A DNA stretch of 32,000 nt from Candidatus Saccharimonadota bacterium (lineage in GTDB: Bacteria > Pseudomonadota > Gammaproteobacteria > Enterobacterales > Enterobacteriaceae). Under the pieces are notes generated by a model that was given only the letters and a program-made list of their open reading frames with translations, was not told where the DNA came from and did not search any database. The stretch spans positions 510,001 to 542,000 of the forward strand of contig CP188086.1 in assembly GCA_049942765.1 (NCBI GenBank). The letters run 5' to 3'. The position numbers and the translations under genes were made by a program. Shown piece by piece: positions 19,741 through 29,858 of the stretch (position 1 is its first letter; each line of letters opens with the position of its first letter).

Positions 19741-20640
19741 TTATTCCATCATTTTTTCTATTGGCAATACTAAAATAGAACTTGCTCCTAAAGATTTTAA
19801 TCTTTCCATGGTTTCCCAAAAAATACTCTCTCTACTTACCATATGCATAGCTACATGAGTATTATCCCCTGCTAGTTTTGAAACCGTAGGTCGTTCAGCA
19901 CCTCTTAATAACCTCATAACTTCATCTAACTTATCACTAGGAGCATGTAACATAATATATTTTGACTCTCGCGCCGCAATAACACCTTGAATTCGTATCA
20001 TTAATTTATTAATGATATTTTTTTTAAATAAAGAAATTTCTCCAATTTTAGAAATAAGACATGCGTTAGAATGATATATTACTTCAACCTCACGTAATCC
20101 ATTAGCTTCTAAAGTTCCTCCAGTAGACACTAAATCGCAAATAGCATCTGACAAACCTGCACGAGGAGCTACTTCTACAGATCCATTTAATAAAAAAGAT
20201 CTAAACACAATGTGTTTTTCATTTAAATATTTTGTTAATAAATATGGATAAGAAGTAGCTATTCGATTATTGTTTAAACATTTCAAATTGACATACTTCG
20301 TATCTTTTGGTATAGCCAACGATAAACGACATACTCCAAAATCTAAATCACATAAAACTTCATAACATGCATCCTTACCTTGAGCTTTTCGTGATAAAAC
20401 ACCTTCTTCTAATACATTTTTACCTATAATTCCTAACTCAACTATTCCATCCATTACTAAACCAGGTATGTCATCATCACGAACTTTCATTACATCAATA
20501 GAAATATTTTCAGCACACGCTACTAAACGTGCTTGTTCTAAATTAATTTTAATTCCACAACGTATAAATAATTCTTTCGAATCATCACTCAAACGACCTG
20601 ATTTCTGTATAGCAATACGTAATCGATTATTATCAACCAT
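19741..20640 (-). CDS. hisG: ATP phosphoribosyltransferase (long form)
   Basis: [34 protein letters not shown] aligns with E. coli [34 protein letters not shown]. The C-terminus [12 protein letters not shown] is identical in pattern. 299 aa, equal to E. coli. The 13-codon upstream extension was rejected. Confidence 0.95.
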   Translation of the reverse strand: MVDNNRLRIAIQKSGRLSDDSKELFIRCGIKINLEQARLVACAENISIDVMKVRDDDIPGLVMDGIVELGIIGKNVLEEGVLSRKAQGKDACYEVLCDLDFGVCRLSLAIPKDTKYVNLKCLNNNRIATSYPYLLTKYLNEKHIVFRSFLLNGSVEVAPRAGLSDAICDLVSTGGTLEANGLREVEVIYHSNACLISKIGEISLFKKNIINKLMIRIQGVIAARESKYIMLHAPSDKLDEVMRLLRGAERPTVSKLAGDNTHVAMHMVSRESIFWETMERLKSLGASSILVLPIEKMME

Positions 20641-21112
20641 TGTAATCAACCTATATACTTTAATAAATAAAATAATCATTATTAAACAAAAAAAACAAAA
20701 AAGAAAACCATCTAATTTAGATTACAATACCAATATATATCGATATTTACTTCAACTACAATAATATAAAAAGATAGTTAACACCTTCATCCATAATAGA
20801 AAATATTATAAAACATATTGTTTATATAAAAAATCAATTATATATCTTTTCTCAATTTAATTATTATAAATATAAATTCAATATAAATTATTAACTTATA
20901 ATATTAAAATCATTAAAACTAACCAAAATATTTACATATCTATTTATATTAAAAACATAAATAATAATAAACATGTTATATAATTAAAAATTATCTTTTA
21001 AAAACAATATATTATTAATCATTTAAATCACTTAATAAAAATTTATTTATACAATATTGAACATTGTATCAATATTTATTAATATATATTGTTAATTTAC
21101 CGAATAGAAAAA

Positions 21113-21643
21113 TTATTTATTTATATCTATTAATAAAATAATAGCTGCATTATACCCGAAATGTTTAGGTGCTACATGAAAAGCTTTAATGGATGGATGT
21201 TTTGATAACCACAATGGCACTTGTTTCTTTAGTATATCTTTACCATGTCCATGGATAACACAAGCACAAGAACAATTCTCTTTTTCAGAAACAAAAAATA
21301 AATTACCTAACTCTTGTTTTGCTTGTGTTTGAGTAAAACCATGTAAATCTAAAACAATCTCCGGAACATATTCACCATATTTCAACTTATTTAATTCTTG
21401 TACATCTACGTCTTTACGAAGATAACAAATAGGATCTTTTATTGGGATAACACAAGTGTTATCATTAGAAAAATAATGAACATGAGCTGATTGTTCTAAT
21501 ATTCTTCGTTTATATATATGATTACTATTTTTCTTTACAATATGACTGAGAAATATTGTATCTTGTTTAATTTGATGTAATTTACCTACCCATTGTTGAA
21601 AGATTAAACTTTCATTTAATAAAAAACTATTTTTATTATCCAT
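21113..21643 (-). CDS. smrB: Smr-domain ribosome-rescue endonuclease SmrB (YfcN)
   Basis: 176 aa. IKQDTI, HYFS, LDLHGFTQTQAKQELG, CACVIHGHGKDILKKQVPLWLSKHP and AFHVAPKHFG are colinear with E. coli SmrB (183 aa). It sits next to aroC as in E. coli. Confidence 0.88.
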   Translation of the reverse strand: MDNKNSFLLNESLIFQQWVGKLHQIKQDTIFLSHIVKKNSNHIYKRRILEQSAHVHYFSNDNTCVIPIKDPICYLRKDVDVQELNKLKYGEYVPEIVLDLHGFTQTQAKQELGNLFFVSEKENCSCACVIHGHGKDILKKQVPLWLSKHPSIKAFHVAPKHFGYNAAIILLIDINK

Positions 21644-21914
21644 AATAATCCATATAGAACCAATGATAATTTAAATAAAATAACTATTTATAGTTACATA
21701 ACAAATATTAAATAAACAATTAAAAAATTTTTTGATTGAATTAATATATAAATATTCACATTATCAATCATTTAATTCAATTATTATAATTAGACATTAA
21801 TAATATGCTTACGTTATACTATAGATTCTATTCAATGAAACTTATAGTACAACATAACCTTATTATTAAAATCTATAGTATGTCAATATATAAACAATAT
21901 AAAAAAAATATATT

Positions 21915-21943
21915 TTGACATTAACTATAATAAAATTAATAAC
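21915..21943 (+). promoter_or_regulatory. Candidate sigma70 promoter for aroC
   Basis: A perfect TTGACA at 21915..21920, about 70 nt upstream of the aroC ATG, followed at 16-17 nt by TAATAA/AATAAC-type -10 candidates. An SD-like AAGAAGGA lies just upstream of the ATG. The -10 assignment is ambiguous in this AT-rich context. Confidence 0.25.
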
Positions 21944-21990
21944 AACATTAATTCTTTATTAATAACAAATATCTCAAAAGAAGGACTATT

Positions 21991-23064
21991 ATGCCTGGAA
22001 ATAATATCGGTAAAATGTTTCAAGTCACGACTTATGGAGAATCACATGGAATAGCTCTAGGATGTATTATAGATGGAGTTCCACCAGGTTTAGAATTATC
22101 TGATACAGATTTACAAATTGAATTAAATAAACGTCGACCTGGCACTTCTCAGTATACTACACAAAGAAATGAATTAGATACAGTTACTATTTTATCAGGA
22201 GTTTTTAATGGAAAAACCACTGGGACTAGTATTGGTTTAAGTATTTGCAACATGGATCATCGATCTCATGATTATAATAGAATAAAAAACATGTACAGAC
22301 CTGGACATGCAGATTTCACATATCAACACAAATATGGTATTAGAGATTATCGAGGTGGTGGTAGATCATCTGCTCGAGAAACAACTATGAGAGTAGCAGC
22401 AGGTGCTATAGCTAAGAAATATTTAAAAACAAAATACAATATAATAATTCGAGCATATTTATCACAACTCGGAAATATTCATTGTCAATTGAAATCATGG
22501 GAAACTGTTAACAAAAATCCTTTTTTTTCTCCAGATTTAGAAACAATACCTCTTTTAGAAAAATTAATAAAAAATATTAAAAAAAAAGGAGATTCTATTG
22601 GAGCTAAAATAACAGTTTTGGCAGAAAATATACCTATTGGATTAGGTGAACCAGTATTTGATAAATTAGATGCCGATATAGCCCATGCACTAATGAGTAT
22701 TAATGCTGTGAAAGCAGTTGAAATAGGTGACGGTTGCCTAGTGGTGAATCAATTAGGAAGTGAAAATCGAGATTCTATTAATACTAATGGATTTAATAGT
22801 AATCATTCAGGTGGTATATTAGGTGGTATTAGTAATGGAGATACTATCATTGCAAAAGCTACATTTAAACCCACTTCAAGCATCAAAATACCAATTAATA
22901 CAATTACAATAGATTCAAAAAATACCACTATTGTTACAGATGGAAGACATGATCCATGTGTAGGTATAAGAGCTACACCTATAGTAGAGGCCATGATGGC
23001 TATAGTTATAATGGATCATATGTTACGATATAGGGGTCAATGCTACAATTTAAACATTACTTAA
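21991..23064 (+). CDS. aroC: Chorismate synthase
   Basis: 357 aa. [37 protein letters not shown] and [18 protein letters not shown] are colinear with E. coli AroC. Confidence 0.96.
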   Translation: MPGNNIGKMFQVTTYGESHGIALGCIIDGVPPGLELSDTDLQIELNKRRPGTSQYTTQRNELDTVTILSGVFNGKTTGTSIGLSICNMDHRSHDYNRIKNMYRPGHADFTYQHKYGIRDYRGGGRSSARETTMRVAAGAIAKKYLKTKYNIIIRAYLSQLGNIHCQLKSWETVNKNPFFSPDLETIPLLEKLIKNIKKKGDSIGAKITVLAENIPIGLGEPVFDKLDADIAHALMSINAVKAVEIGDGCLVVNQLGSENRDSINTNGFNSNHSGGILGGISNGDTIIAKATFKPTSSIKIPINTITIDSKNTTIVTDGRHDPCVGIRATPIVEAMMAIVIMDHMLRYRGQCYNLNIT

Positions 23065-23144
23065 CATTACATTATCTAAATATATTTATATTTTTAACTA
23101 TATTAAATTATATACATTAATGATAATTCCATTATCATACTTTA

Positions 23145-23187
23145 AAATAATAAATAATTCTTAATGGCGGGCTGATAATGCCCACCA
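23145..23187 (-). terminator. Putative intrinsic terminator of bcp (GC-rich hairpin)
   Basis: The minus-strand RNA starts 12 nt after the bcp TAG: UGGUGGGC-AUUAUCA-GCCCGCCA (8 bp, 6 G:C pairs plus one G:U), followed by UUAAGAAUUAUUUAUUAUUUU. On the plus strand the same position is a C:A mismatch. The hairpin itself is 23165..23187. Confidence 0.55.
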
Positions 23188-23199
23188 CATATCACAACA

Positions 23200-23667
23200 C
23201 TAAATTAAATTTAAATAGTTCAGTACTATTTTATGATGATCATTTGTGCTAAAATTAGTAAAAACTTGTTCTATCCTACCACAAGAATTAATTATAAAAC
23301 TTGTACGATGAACACCTTCATATGATTTACCCATAAAATTTTTTTTACCCCATACTCCAAATTGATTACATACAGAATGTGTTTCGTCTGATAACAAAGT
23401 AAAACCAAGCATTTCTTGCTCAAAAAAACGAAGCAATTTATCAGGTTTATCAGTACTAATACCTAAAATTTCTATACTAGCAGACTTAAATTTATCCATA
23501 TTATCACGTAAATTACATGCTTGAATTGTACAACTTGGTGTCATAGCTTTAGGATAAAAATAAATTAATACTTTTTTTCCTAAAAAATCTAATATATCCA
23601 CAGGTGAATTATCTTGATCAGGCAATATAAATTTAGGTACTAATTCGCCTACTTTTAATTGACTCAT
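23200..23667 (-). CDS. bcp: Thiol peroxidase / peroxiredoxin Bcp
   Basis: 155 aa. FYPKAMTPSCTIQACNLRD carries both catalytic and resolving Cys, as in E. coli Bcp (FYPKAMTPGCTVQACGLRD). ATG with GAGGGA 8 nt upstream. Confidence 0.92.
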   Translation of the reverse strand: MSQLKVGELVPKFILPDQDNSPVDILDFLGKKVLIYFYPKAMTPSCTIQACNLRDNMDKFKSASIEILGISTDKPDKLLRFFEQEMLGFTLLSDETHSVCNQFGVWGKKNFMGKSYEGVHRTSFIINSCGRIEQVFTNFSTNDHHKIVLNYLNLI

Positions 23668-24221
23668 AAATGATATCCCTCTAAAAACTTACTTTAATAA
23701 TAAAAATTGTTTACAATATATTAAAAATGTTCAACAATATTGTTAATAATAATAATTATATTATATTCTTTATATATATATCATATATAATAAAATTATA
23801 TTTCGATATTTAAATATCACATGAACCAAAAAAATTAACAACTAAAACATAAATAACAATTTTATATCATTAAAAATTTTAAAAAAAAACGATGACTATA
23901 AATAGACTTTAAAACATATCAACAATACTCTATTATTATAGTAATAAAATAATATATACCATGGATCTTTATTACATCAATACCCTGTAATAAAAATAAA
24001 CATATATGTTTATCACAAAAAAAATATTATTAAAATTTAATAATATTAATTATCTTTATAATAAAAATTACAAATAATTTTCATCTAAATTTTAAATACA
24101 TGTTTATATTTTAAACTATACAACAAATTACTATCAATGCATCACATTTCTTTATTTTAAAAAATATATTGTACATAATAAATTTAAAACAAAACACAAT
24201 ACTCTTAGGAAAAAAGAAATA

Positions 24222-25142
24222 ATGTTTACAGGTAGCATGGTTGCATTAATTACACCAATGAACGATAAAGGAAACCTTTGTCGATCTAGCTTAAAAAATC
24301 TAATAAATTACCATATAAAAAATGGTACATCTGCAATAATATCTGTAGGTACAACAGGTGAATCTGCAACATTAAATCACGATGAACACAATTATGTCGT
24401 AAGACTAACATTAGAACTAGCTGATGAAAAAATCCCTATTATTGCTGGTACAGGCGCTAATGCAACTAAAGAAAGCATTGCATTAACAAAAAAATTTGAA
24501 AACACAGGAATAAAAGGATGTCTAACAGTTACACCATATTATAATCGTCCAACACAAGAGGGATTATTCCAACATTTTAAAGCTATATCAGAAAGTACAT
24601 CATTACCACAAATATTATATAATGTACCATCAAGAACCGGTTGTGATTTGCTACCAAGTACTATTATAAAATTATCTACATTAAAAAATATTATAGGGAT
24701 TAAAGAAGCAACCGGTGATCTATCTAGAGTTAACCAAATTAAACAACAAGTACATAAACAATTTTTTTTAATCAGTGGTGATGACGCAACTGCATTAGAT
24801 TTTATACACCTAGGAGGACATGGAGTAATATCAGTAACAGCTAATGTAGCAGCAACAAAAATGAATCACATGTGTCAATTAGCATTAAAAGGAAATATTG
24901 AACAAGCACAAAAAATTAATCAACAATTAATGCCATTACACAATATTTTATTTATTGAATCTAATCCAATTCCTGTTAAATGGTTAGCTTATAAACTTAA
25001 TTTAATCCAATGCCATAATTTACGATTGCCAATGACCACCATTTCTGCTTATTCTAAAAAAAAATTAATACCGATATTCAAACAATTAAAAACTAGTAAT
25101 ATATTTGATATTTATAAAAAATATGACATCAATAAAAAATGA
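24222..25142 (+). CDS. dapA: 4-hydroxy-tetrahydrodipicolinate synthase
   Basis: [51 protein letters not shown] and GIKEATG (Schiff-base Lys) match. 306 aa, with a ~14-aa K/I/N-rich C-terminal extension relative to E. coli (292 aa). Confidence 0.96.
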   Translation: MFTGSMVALITPMNDKGNLCRSSLKNLINYHIKNGTSAIISVGTTGESATLNHDEHNYVVRLTLELADEKIPIIAGTGANATKESIALTKKFENTGIKGCLTVTPYYNRPTQEGLFQHFKAISESTSLPQILYNVPSRTGCDLLPSTIIKLSTLKNIIGIKEATGDLSRVNQIKQQVHKQFFLISGDDATALDFIHLGGHGVISVTANVAATKMNHMCQLALKGNIEQAQKINQQLMPLHNILFIESNPIPVKWLAYKLNLIQCHNLRLPMTTISAYSKKKLIPIFKQLKTSNIFDIYKKYDINKK

Positions 25143-25325
25143 TAACAAACAGCTTTACGTATAAAAAATATTTATTAAAAAAAATCAAAAAACAATATAT
25201 TATATATTAAATTATAACTAATACCATAATAATTTTTGATTAAACTATATGATTGATGAACTAAAATCATTATCATATTAATACATAATATGTTTCGTAC
25301 ATATTAAATTCATAACATAATTTCT

Positions 25326-25354
25326 TTTCAGAGTATCATTCAGATACTCTGAAA
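25326..25354. repeat. Perfect 12-bp inverted repeat (hairpin, 5-nt loop) between the convergent dapA and dapE
   Basis: TTTCAGAGTATC-ATTCA-GATACTCTGAAA, with all 12 pairs read directly. On either strand it is flanked by T-rich sequence 5' and A-rich sequence 3', so neither transcript gets a U-tail. Confidence 0.7.
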
Positions 25355-25427
25355 TATAAAAAATACAATAAACTGTAAAAAAATTCATTTAAAATATTTG
25401 TATTATTTTCACTAAAAATTACAAATA

Positions 25428-26555
25428 TTACAGAAATATATTTTTTATGATATCTTCATACATTTTACTTAATCTATATAAATCGTGCACTTCTACACAT
25501 TCATTAACTTTATGAATAGAAGCATTAATTAAACCTAATTCAACAACCTGAACACCTATTTCTGATAGAAATCTACCATCAGAAGTTCCACCATCTGTAG
25601 ACAATATCGGTGTAATATTCATGTTTGATTCAATAACAGATACCACTTTATTAATAAAAGTTGACTTGGATGTTACAAATGGTTTCGACAATAAAAACCA
25701 CTTGATAGAATAATTTAAATTATAGTTATTTAAAATTTTTTCTACTATCTGTTTAATATCATCAACTGATAATTCTGTATTAAAACGAAAATTAAATTCA
25801 ACAAATAATTCACTAGGTATGACATTACTACAACCAGTATCAGCTTTAATTTTATATATTTGCATACTAGTAGGAGAAAAAAAAGCATTACCAGTATCCC
25901 ATACAACAGATTGCAAATCCAATAAAAAAGGTAAAGATAAATGTATCGGATTAGCTGCTAAATGAGGATAAGCAATATGACCTTGAACTCCTTTAACCAA
26001 CAAATGAGCGGTTAATGAACCTCTTCTTCCATATTTTATCATGTCTCCCAAGACTACTAAACTTGTAGGCTCACCTACTAAACAAAAATCAATTTTTTCA
26101 CATCTGTTACGTAATACATTTACAACTTGCACAGTACCATCTACAGCACTAGACTCTTCATCAGAAGTAATTATAAATGACAACCGTCCTTTATAATTCG
26201 GATAATTAAATATAAAACGTTCTACAGCAATAATCATAGATGCTATTGAACCTTTCATATCAACCACTCCCCTTCCAAACAATTTATTATCTAACAAGAC
26301 TGGTTCAAAAGGATCATGAAACCATTCTTTTAAGTTTCCAGGTGGGACCACATCAGTATGACCTAAAAAAGTTAATGTCTGACCAGAACCTCTTTCAGCC
26401 CACAAATTACTAGTATCATTTATATTAATTTTTTCAATCTTAAATCCTAAAACACTCAATCGGTTGCTAATAATATCTTGACAACCTAAATCAAATGGAC
26501 TAATAGAAGGAATTTGAACAAGCTGTTTAGTTAATTCTAAAATAGACGACAACAT
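25428..26555 (-). CDS. dapE: Succinyl-diaminopimelate desuccinylase
   Basis: MLSSILELTKQLVQIPSISP aligns with the E. coli DapE N-terminus. GHTDVVPPG, GRGVVDMKG, SDEES and GGTSDGRF match. The ATG at 26555 has AGGAAG 9 nt upstream and gives 375 aa, equal to E. coli. The 7-codon extension was rejected. Confidence 0.94.
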   Translation of the reverse strand: MLSSILELTKQLVQIPSISPFDLGCQDIISNRLSVLGFKIEKININDTSNLWAERGSGQTLTFLGHTDVVPPGNLKEWFHDPFEPVLLDNKLFGRGVVDMKGSIASMIIAVERFIFNYPNYKGRLSFIITSDEESSAVDGTVQVVNVLRNRCEKIDFCLVGEPTSLVVLGDMIKYGRRGSLTAHLLVKGVQGHIAYPHLAANPIHLSLPFLLDLQSVVWDTGNAFFSPTSMQIYKIKADTGCSNVIPSELFVEFNFRFNTELSVDDIKQIVEKILNNYNLNYSIKWFLLSKPFVTSKSTFINKVVSVIESNMNITPILSTDGGTSDGRFLSEIGVQVVELGLINASIHKVNECVEVHDLYRLSKMYEDIIKNIFL

Positions 26556-26810
26556 GAAATAACACTTCCTATACATATTCCAATAATAGATAGTTAAAAT
26601 CTATAACAACAATTTACATATTATAATTGACAATATTGTAAAAAAAATTTTAAAAATAATTGTTCATAACATGTGATAAAACATATATTGATGTTTAAAA
26701 ATTAAATATATATGTAAATAACATAAATTATGTAACACAATAATTATTGTTTAATATTTAAAAAATACACAAATAATAATTCAAATAATTATCTATAACT
26801 ACTATTACAA

Positions 26811-28802
26811 TTAAAATAATAACTGAACTTTTCTAAGAATATTTTCTACAGAAAATCCAAATTTAATAAATAAATGTTGAGCAGGAGCCGATTCACCAAA
26901 AGTATCAATTCCAAATACTAATCCATTTATTCCAACATATTTATACCATCCATCTGTACTACCAGCTTCAATAACTATACGTTTAGTAACTTTATAAGGT
27001 AACACCAAATCTCTATAAGATAACTCTTGTTTATCAAACACATCACATGATGGCATTGATACTAACTGAATATTATATCCTATATATTCTAATTTATGAC
27101 ACACTTCTATAGCTAATTCCAACTCTGATCCAGTAGCTATAACAATAATGTCAATAGATGATGATGTCTTCCTTACAATATACCCACCTTTTTCAACATT
27201 TTTAATATCGACATAACTATAATCTAATTGTTTTAAATTTTGACGCGATAAAATTAATGCTGTAGGACCACTAGTTCTTTCTATTGCATATTTCCAGGCT
27301 ACCATCGTTTCAATAGAATCACATGGTCTCCAAACACTGAGATTCGGAGTTAAACGTAAACTAGCTAATTGCTCAATAGGTTGATGAGTAGGTCCATCTT
27401 CACCTAAACCAATAGAATCATGAGTATATATAAAAATATGTTTTATTCTCATTAAGGCAGCCATTCGAACTGCATTTTTTGCATATTCTACAAACATTAA
27501 GAAAGTAGATGTATATGGGATGAATCCACCATGATTAGCAATTCCATTAGCAATAGCAGTCATACCAAATTCACGAACACCATAATGAATATAATTACCC
27601 GACTTATTTTTATTAATAGATAACGAACCAGACCAAGTAGTTAAATTACTAGGTGTTAAATCAGCTGAACCACCAATTAATTCTGGTAACAAATGACCCA
27701 CTAACTCTAAACTCCGTTGAGAAGCTTGTCTAGTAGCTAAATCTTTAGGGTTTAATAACAATGACGTAATAAAATCCTCAATGTTTTTAGAAAACGTAGC
27801 TGGTAATTTTTGTTGTATTCGACGATGTAATTCTATAGATAATGCAGGATATTTTTCAGAATATTCAAGAAATTTTTTATTCCACATTTTTTCTAATAGA
27901 GACCCTTTAACTTTCCCATCCCATTTTTGATATATTTTTTTAGGAATTTCAAATTCAGGATAATTCCAATCTAATTGTTTCTTTGTTAAAACAACTTCAT
28001 CTGAACCTAACGGAGACCCATGAATATTTGCACTTCCTGATTTATTAGGAGAACCAAAACCAATAATTGTCTTGCATATAATTAATGAAGGTTGATTGAT
28101 AACAGACTGAGATAATTTAATTGCATTAGATATTTCTATAGAATCATGTCCATTTACATTATCTACAACATGCCAATTATAAGACTTAAACCGTAATAAA
28201 GTATCATCTGTAAACCAATCTTCTGTATTACCATCAATTGATATACTATTATGGTCATAAAAAACAATTAATTTACCTAATTTAAAAGTTCCAGCTAAAG
28301 AACACACTTCATGTGAAATTCCTTCCATTAAACAACCATCACCTACAAAAACCCAAGTATAATGATCAATTATATCAAACTGTGGTCGATTAAAAACAGC
28401 GCCTAAAGTTTGTTCTGCAATTGCCATTCCAACAGCTGCTCCTAACCCTTGACCAAGAGGGCCAGTTGTAGTATCTACTCCAACGGTACATACATTTTCT
28501 GGGTGACCTGGGGTTTTAGAATTCATTTGTCTAAACTGTTTTAAATCATTAATTGATAAATCATAACCAGTTAAATGTAACAAACTATATAATAACATTG
28601 AACTATGACCATTAGATAAGATAAATCTATCTCGATTCATCCATGTCGGATTCATAGGATTATGTTTTAAAAAATGTCTCCACAATACTTCGGCAATATC
28701 AGCCATCCCCATAGGGGCCCCAGGATGACCCGATTGCGCTTTTTCAATTGAATCTATACTAAGAACACGAATAGCGTTAGCTAACTCTTGTTGTGAACAC
28801 AT
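26811..28802 (-). CDS. tkt: Transketolase
   Basis: [41 protein letters not shown] matches, along with the ThDP motif [12 protein letters not shown]. It is colinear throughout with E. coli TktA/B. The ATG at 28802 (GGAG 5 nt upstream) gives 663 aa, equal to E. coli. The ORF-track GTG at 28817 was rejected. It is adjacent to tal, as in the E. coli talA-tktB pair. Confidence 0.96.
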   Translation of the reverse strand: MCSQQELANAIRVLSIDSIEKAQSGHPGAPMGMADIAEVLWRHFLKHNPMNPTWMNRDRFILSNGHSSMLLYSLLHLTGYDLSINDLKQFRQMNSKTPGHPENVCTVGVDTTTGPLGQGLGAAVGMAIAEQTLGAVFNRPQFDIIDHYTWVFVGDGCLMEGISHEVCSLAGTFKLGKLIVFYDHNSISIDGNTEDWFTDDTLLRFKSYNWHVVDNVNGHDSIEISNAIKLSQSVINQPSLIICKTIIGFGSPNKSGSANIHGSPLGSDEVVLTKKQLDWNYPEFEIPKKIYQKWDGKVKGSLLEKMWNKKFLEYSEKYPALSIELHRRIQQKLPATFSKNIEDFITSLLLNPKDLATRQASQRSLELVGHLLPELIGGSADLTPSNLTTWSGSLSINKNKSGNYIHYGVREFGMTAIANGIANHGGFIPYTSTFLMFVEYAKNAVRMAALMRIKHIFIYTHDSIGLGEDGPTHQPIEQLASLRLTPNLSVWRPCDSIETMVAWKYAIERTSGPTALILSRQNLKQLDYSYVDIKNVEKGGYIVRKTSSSIDIIVIATGSELELAIEVCHKLEYIGYNIQLVSMPSCDVFDKQELSYRDLVLPYKVTKRIVIEAGSTDGWYKYVGINGLVFGIDTFGESAPAQHLFIKFGFSVENILRKVQLLF

Positions 28803-28901
28803 ATACACTCCAATCACATAAAATAAGTAAATATACTTAATATTACTTCAATGTTTAAATAACCATTAATTATATATTTCAATACAAAAAATTTAAATGC
28901 A

Positions 28902-29858
28902 TTACAGCAAATATTGATTAACAAGTTTTGCTAATACTTGATAATCTAATTCAAATTTTCGAATACCTGAAGATAATTGTTCTACTGCCATTTGATCAGT
29001 ATTATGTTTCCAACGAAATTCAGATTCTGATAATATAGACTGAGAAATGTTTTCAATATGCATTGGTAAATGCAATTGTCTTACCACTACACCAGAATTT
29101 TGTTTTAATTGTTCTAACAATACTGGTGAAATAGTAAGTCGATCACATCCAGATAGTGCTAATATTTGTTCTATATTACGAAAACTAGCTCCCATAATAA
29201 TTGTTTTATAACCATACCGTTTATAGTAATTAAAAATTTTTTTAACTGACAATACTCCATGATCAGAATTTACATCATATTTATTTACAGGATAATGTAA
29301 AGCATACCAATCATAAACCCGACCTACAAAAGGTGAAATTAAAAATACCTTAGCTTCTGCGCATGCTACAGCCTGTGCCCAAGAAAATAATAAGGTTAAA
29401 TTACATTTAATATTACATTTAATTAATTCTTTAGCTGCTTGAATAGACTCCCAAGTAGCCGCTAATTTTATTAACACGCGAGCACGATCAACACCTTCTT
29501 CTTCATACATTTGAATAATTTTTTTAGCTTGTATTATACATTCATCCATATTAAATGAATACTTAGCATGTACTTCAGTAGAAATATAACCTGGAATTCT
29601 ACGTATTATTTGTATACCAATTTGAACAGCTATTTTATTAATAGCGTTCGAAATCTTGTAATCATAATCGCCTCCCTTTTGTTTTGCATAAATAATAGCT
29701 TCATCTAAAATGTCATGACAAATGTTTGTTTTACACAACTGTAAAATTAAAGATGGATTAGTAGTTACATCATCGGGTTGATATTGTTCAATATTACTAA
29801 TATCTCCACTATCAACTACTATTTTTGAAAATTGTTTTAAAGAATTTAATTGATTCAT
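28902..29858 (-). CDS. tal: Transaldolase
   Basis: 318 aa. VVDSGDI, DVTTNPSLIL, STEVHAKYSF, LIKLAATWE (Schiff-base Lys), CNLTLLFS, FLISPFVGRVYDWY and MGASFRN are colinear with E. coli TalA/TalB. Confidence 0.95.
   Translation of the reverse strand: MNQLNSLKQFSKIVVDSGDISNIEQYQPDDVTTNPSLILQLCKTNICHDILDEAIIYAKQKGGDYDYKISNAINKIAVQIGIQIIRRIPGYISTEVHAKYSFNMDECIIQAKKIIQMYEEEGVDRARVLIKLAATWESIQAAKELIKCNIKCNLTLLFSWAQAVACAEAKVFLISPFVGRVYDWYALHYPVNKYDVNSDHGVLSVKKIFNYYKRYGYKTIIMGASFRNIEQILALSGCDRLTISPVLLEQLKQNSGVVVRQLHLPMHIENISQSILSESEFRWKHNTDQMAVEQLSSGIRKFELDYQVLAKLVNQYLL

Noticed and set aside
19733-19819. N-terminal extensions of ORF-track models: hisD to 19819, hisG to 20679, dcd to 11436, hisI to 14221, metG to 10572, dapE to 26576, tkt to 28817
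   Set aside because: Ortholog N-termini align to the internal Met. The resulting lengths equal the E. coli proteins (434, 299, 194/193, 375 and 663 aa). GGAG/AGGA SDs sit in front of the internal starts and not the upstream ones.
20641-20800. Search for a hisL-type His-rich leader peptide or attenuator upstream of hisG
   Set aside because: There is no cluster of His codons on the minus strand, and no alternative GC-bearing stem-loops. Only AT-rich sequence is present.
23120-23138. AT-only hairpin ATGATAAT-TCC-ATTATCAT, 56 nt after the aroC stop, as an aroC terminator
   Set aside because: It has an 8-bp stem with a single G:C pair and a strained 3-nt loop, and the tail is ACUUUAAAAU rather than a U-run. 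Such AT palindromes are frequent here by chance. I did not call it as a feature.
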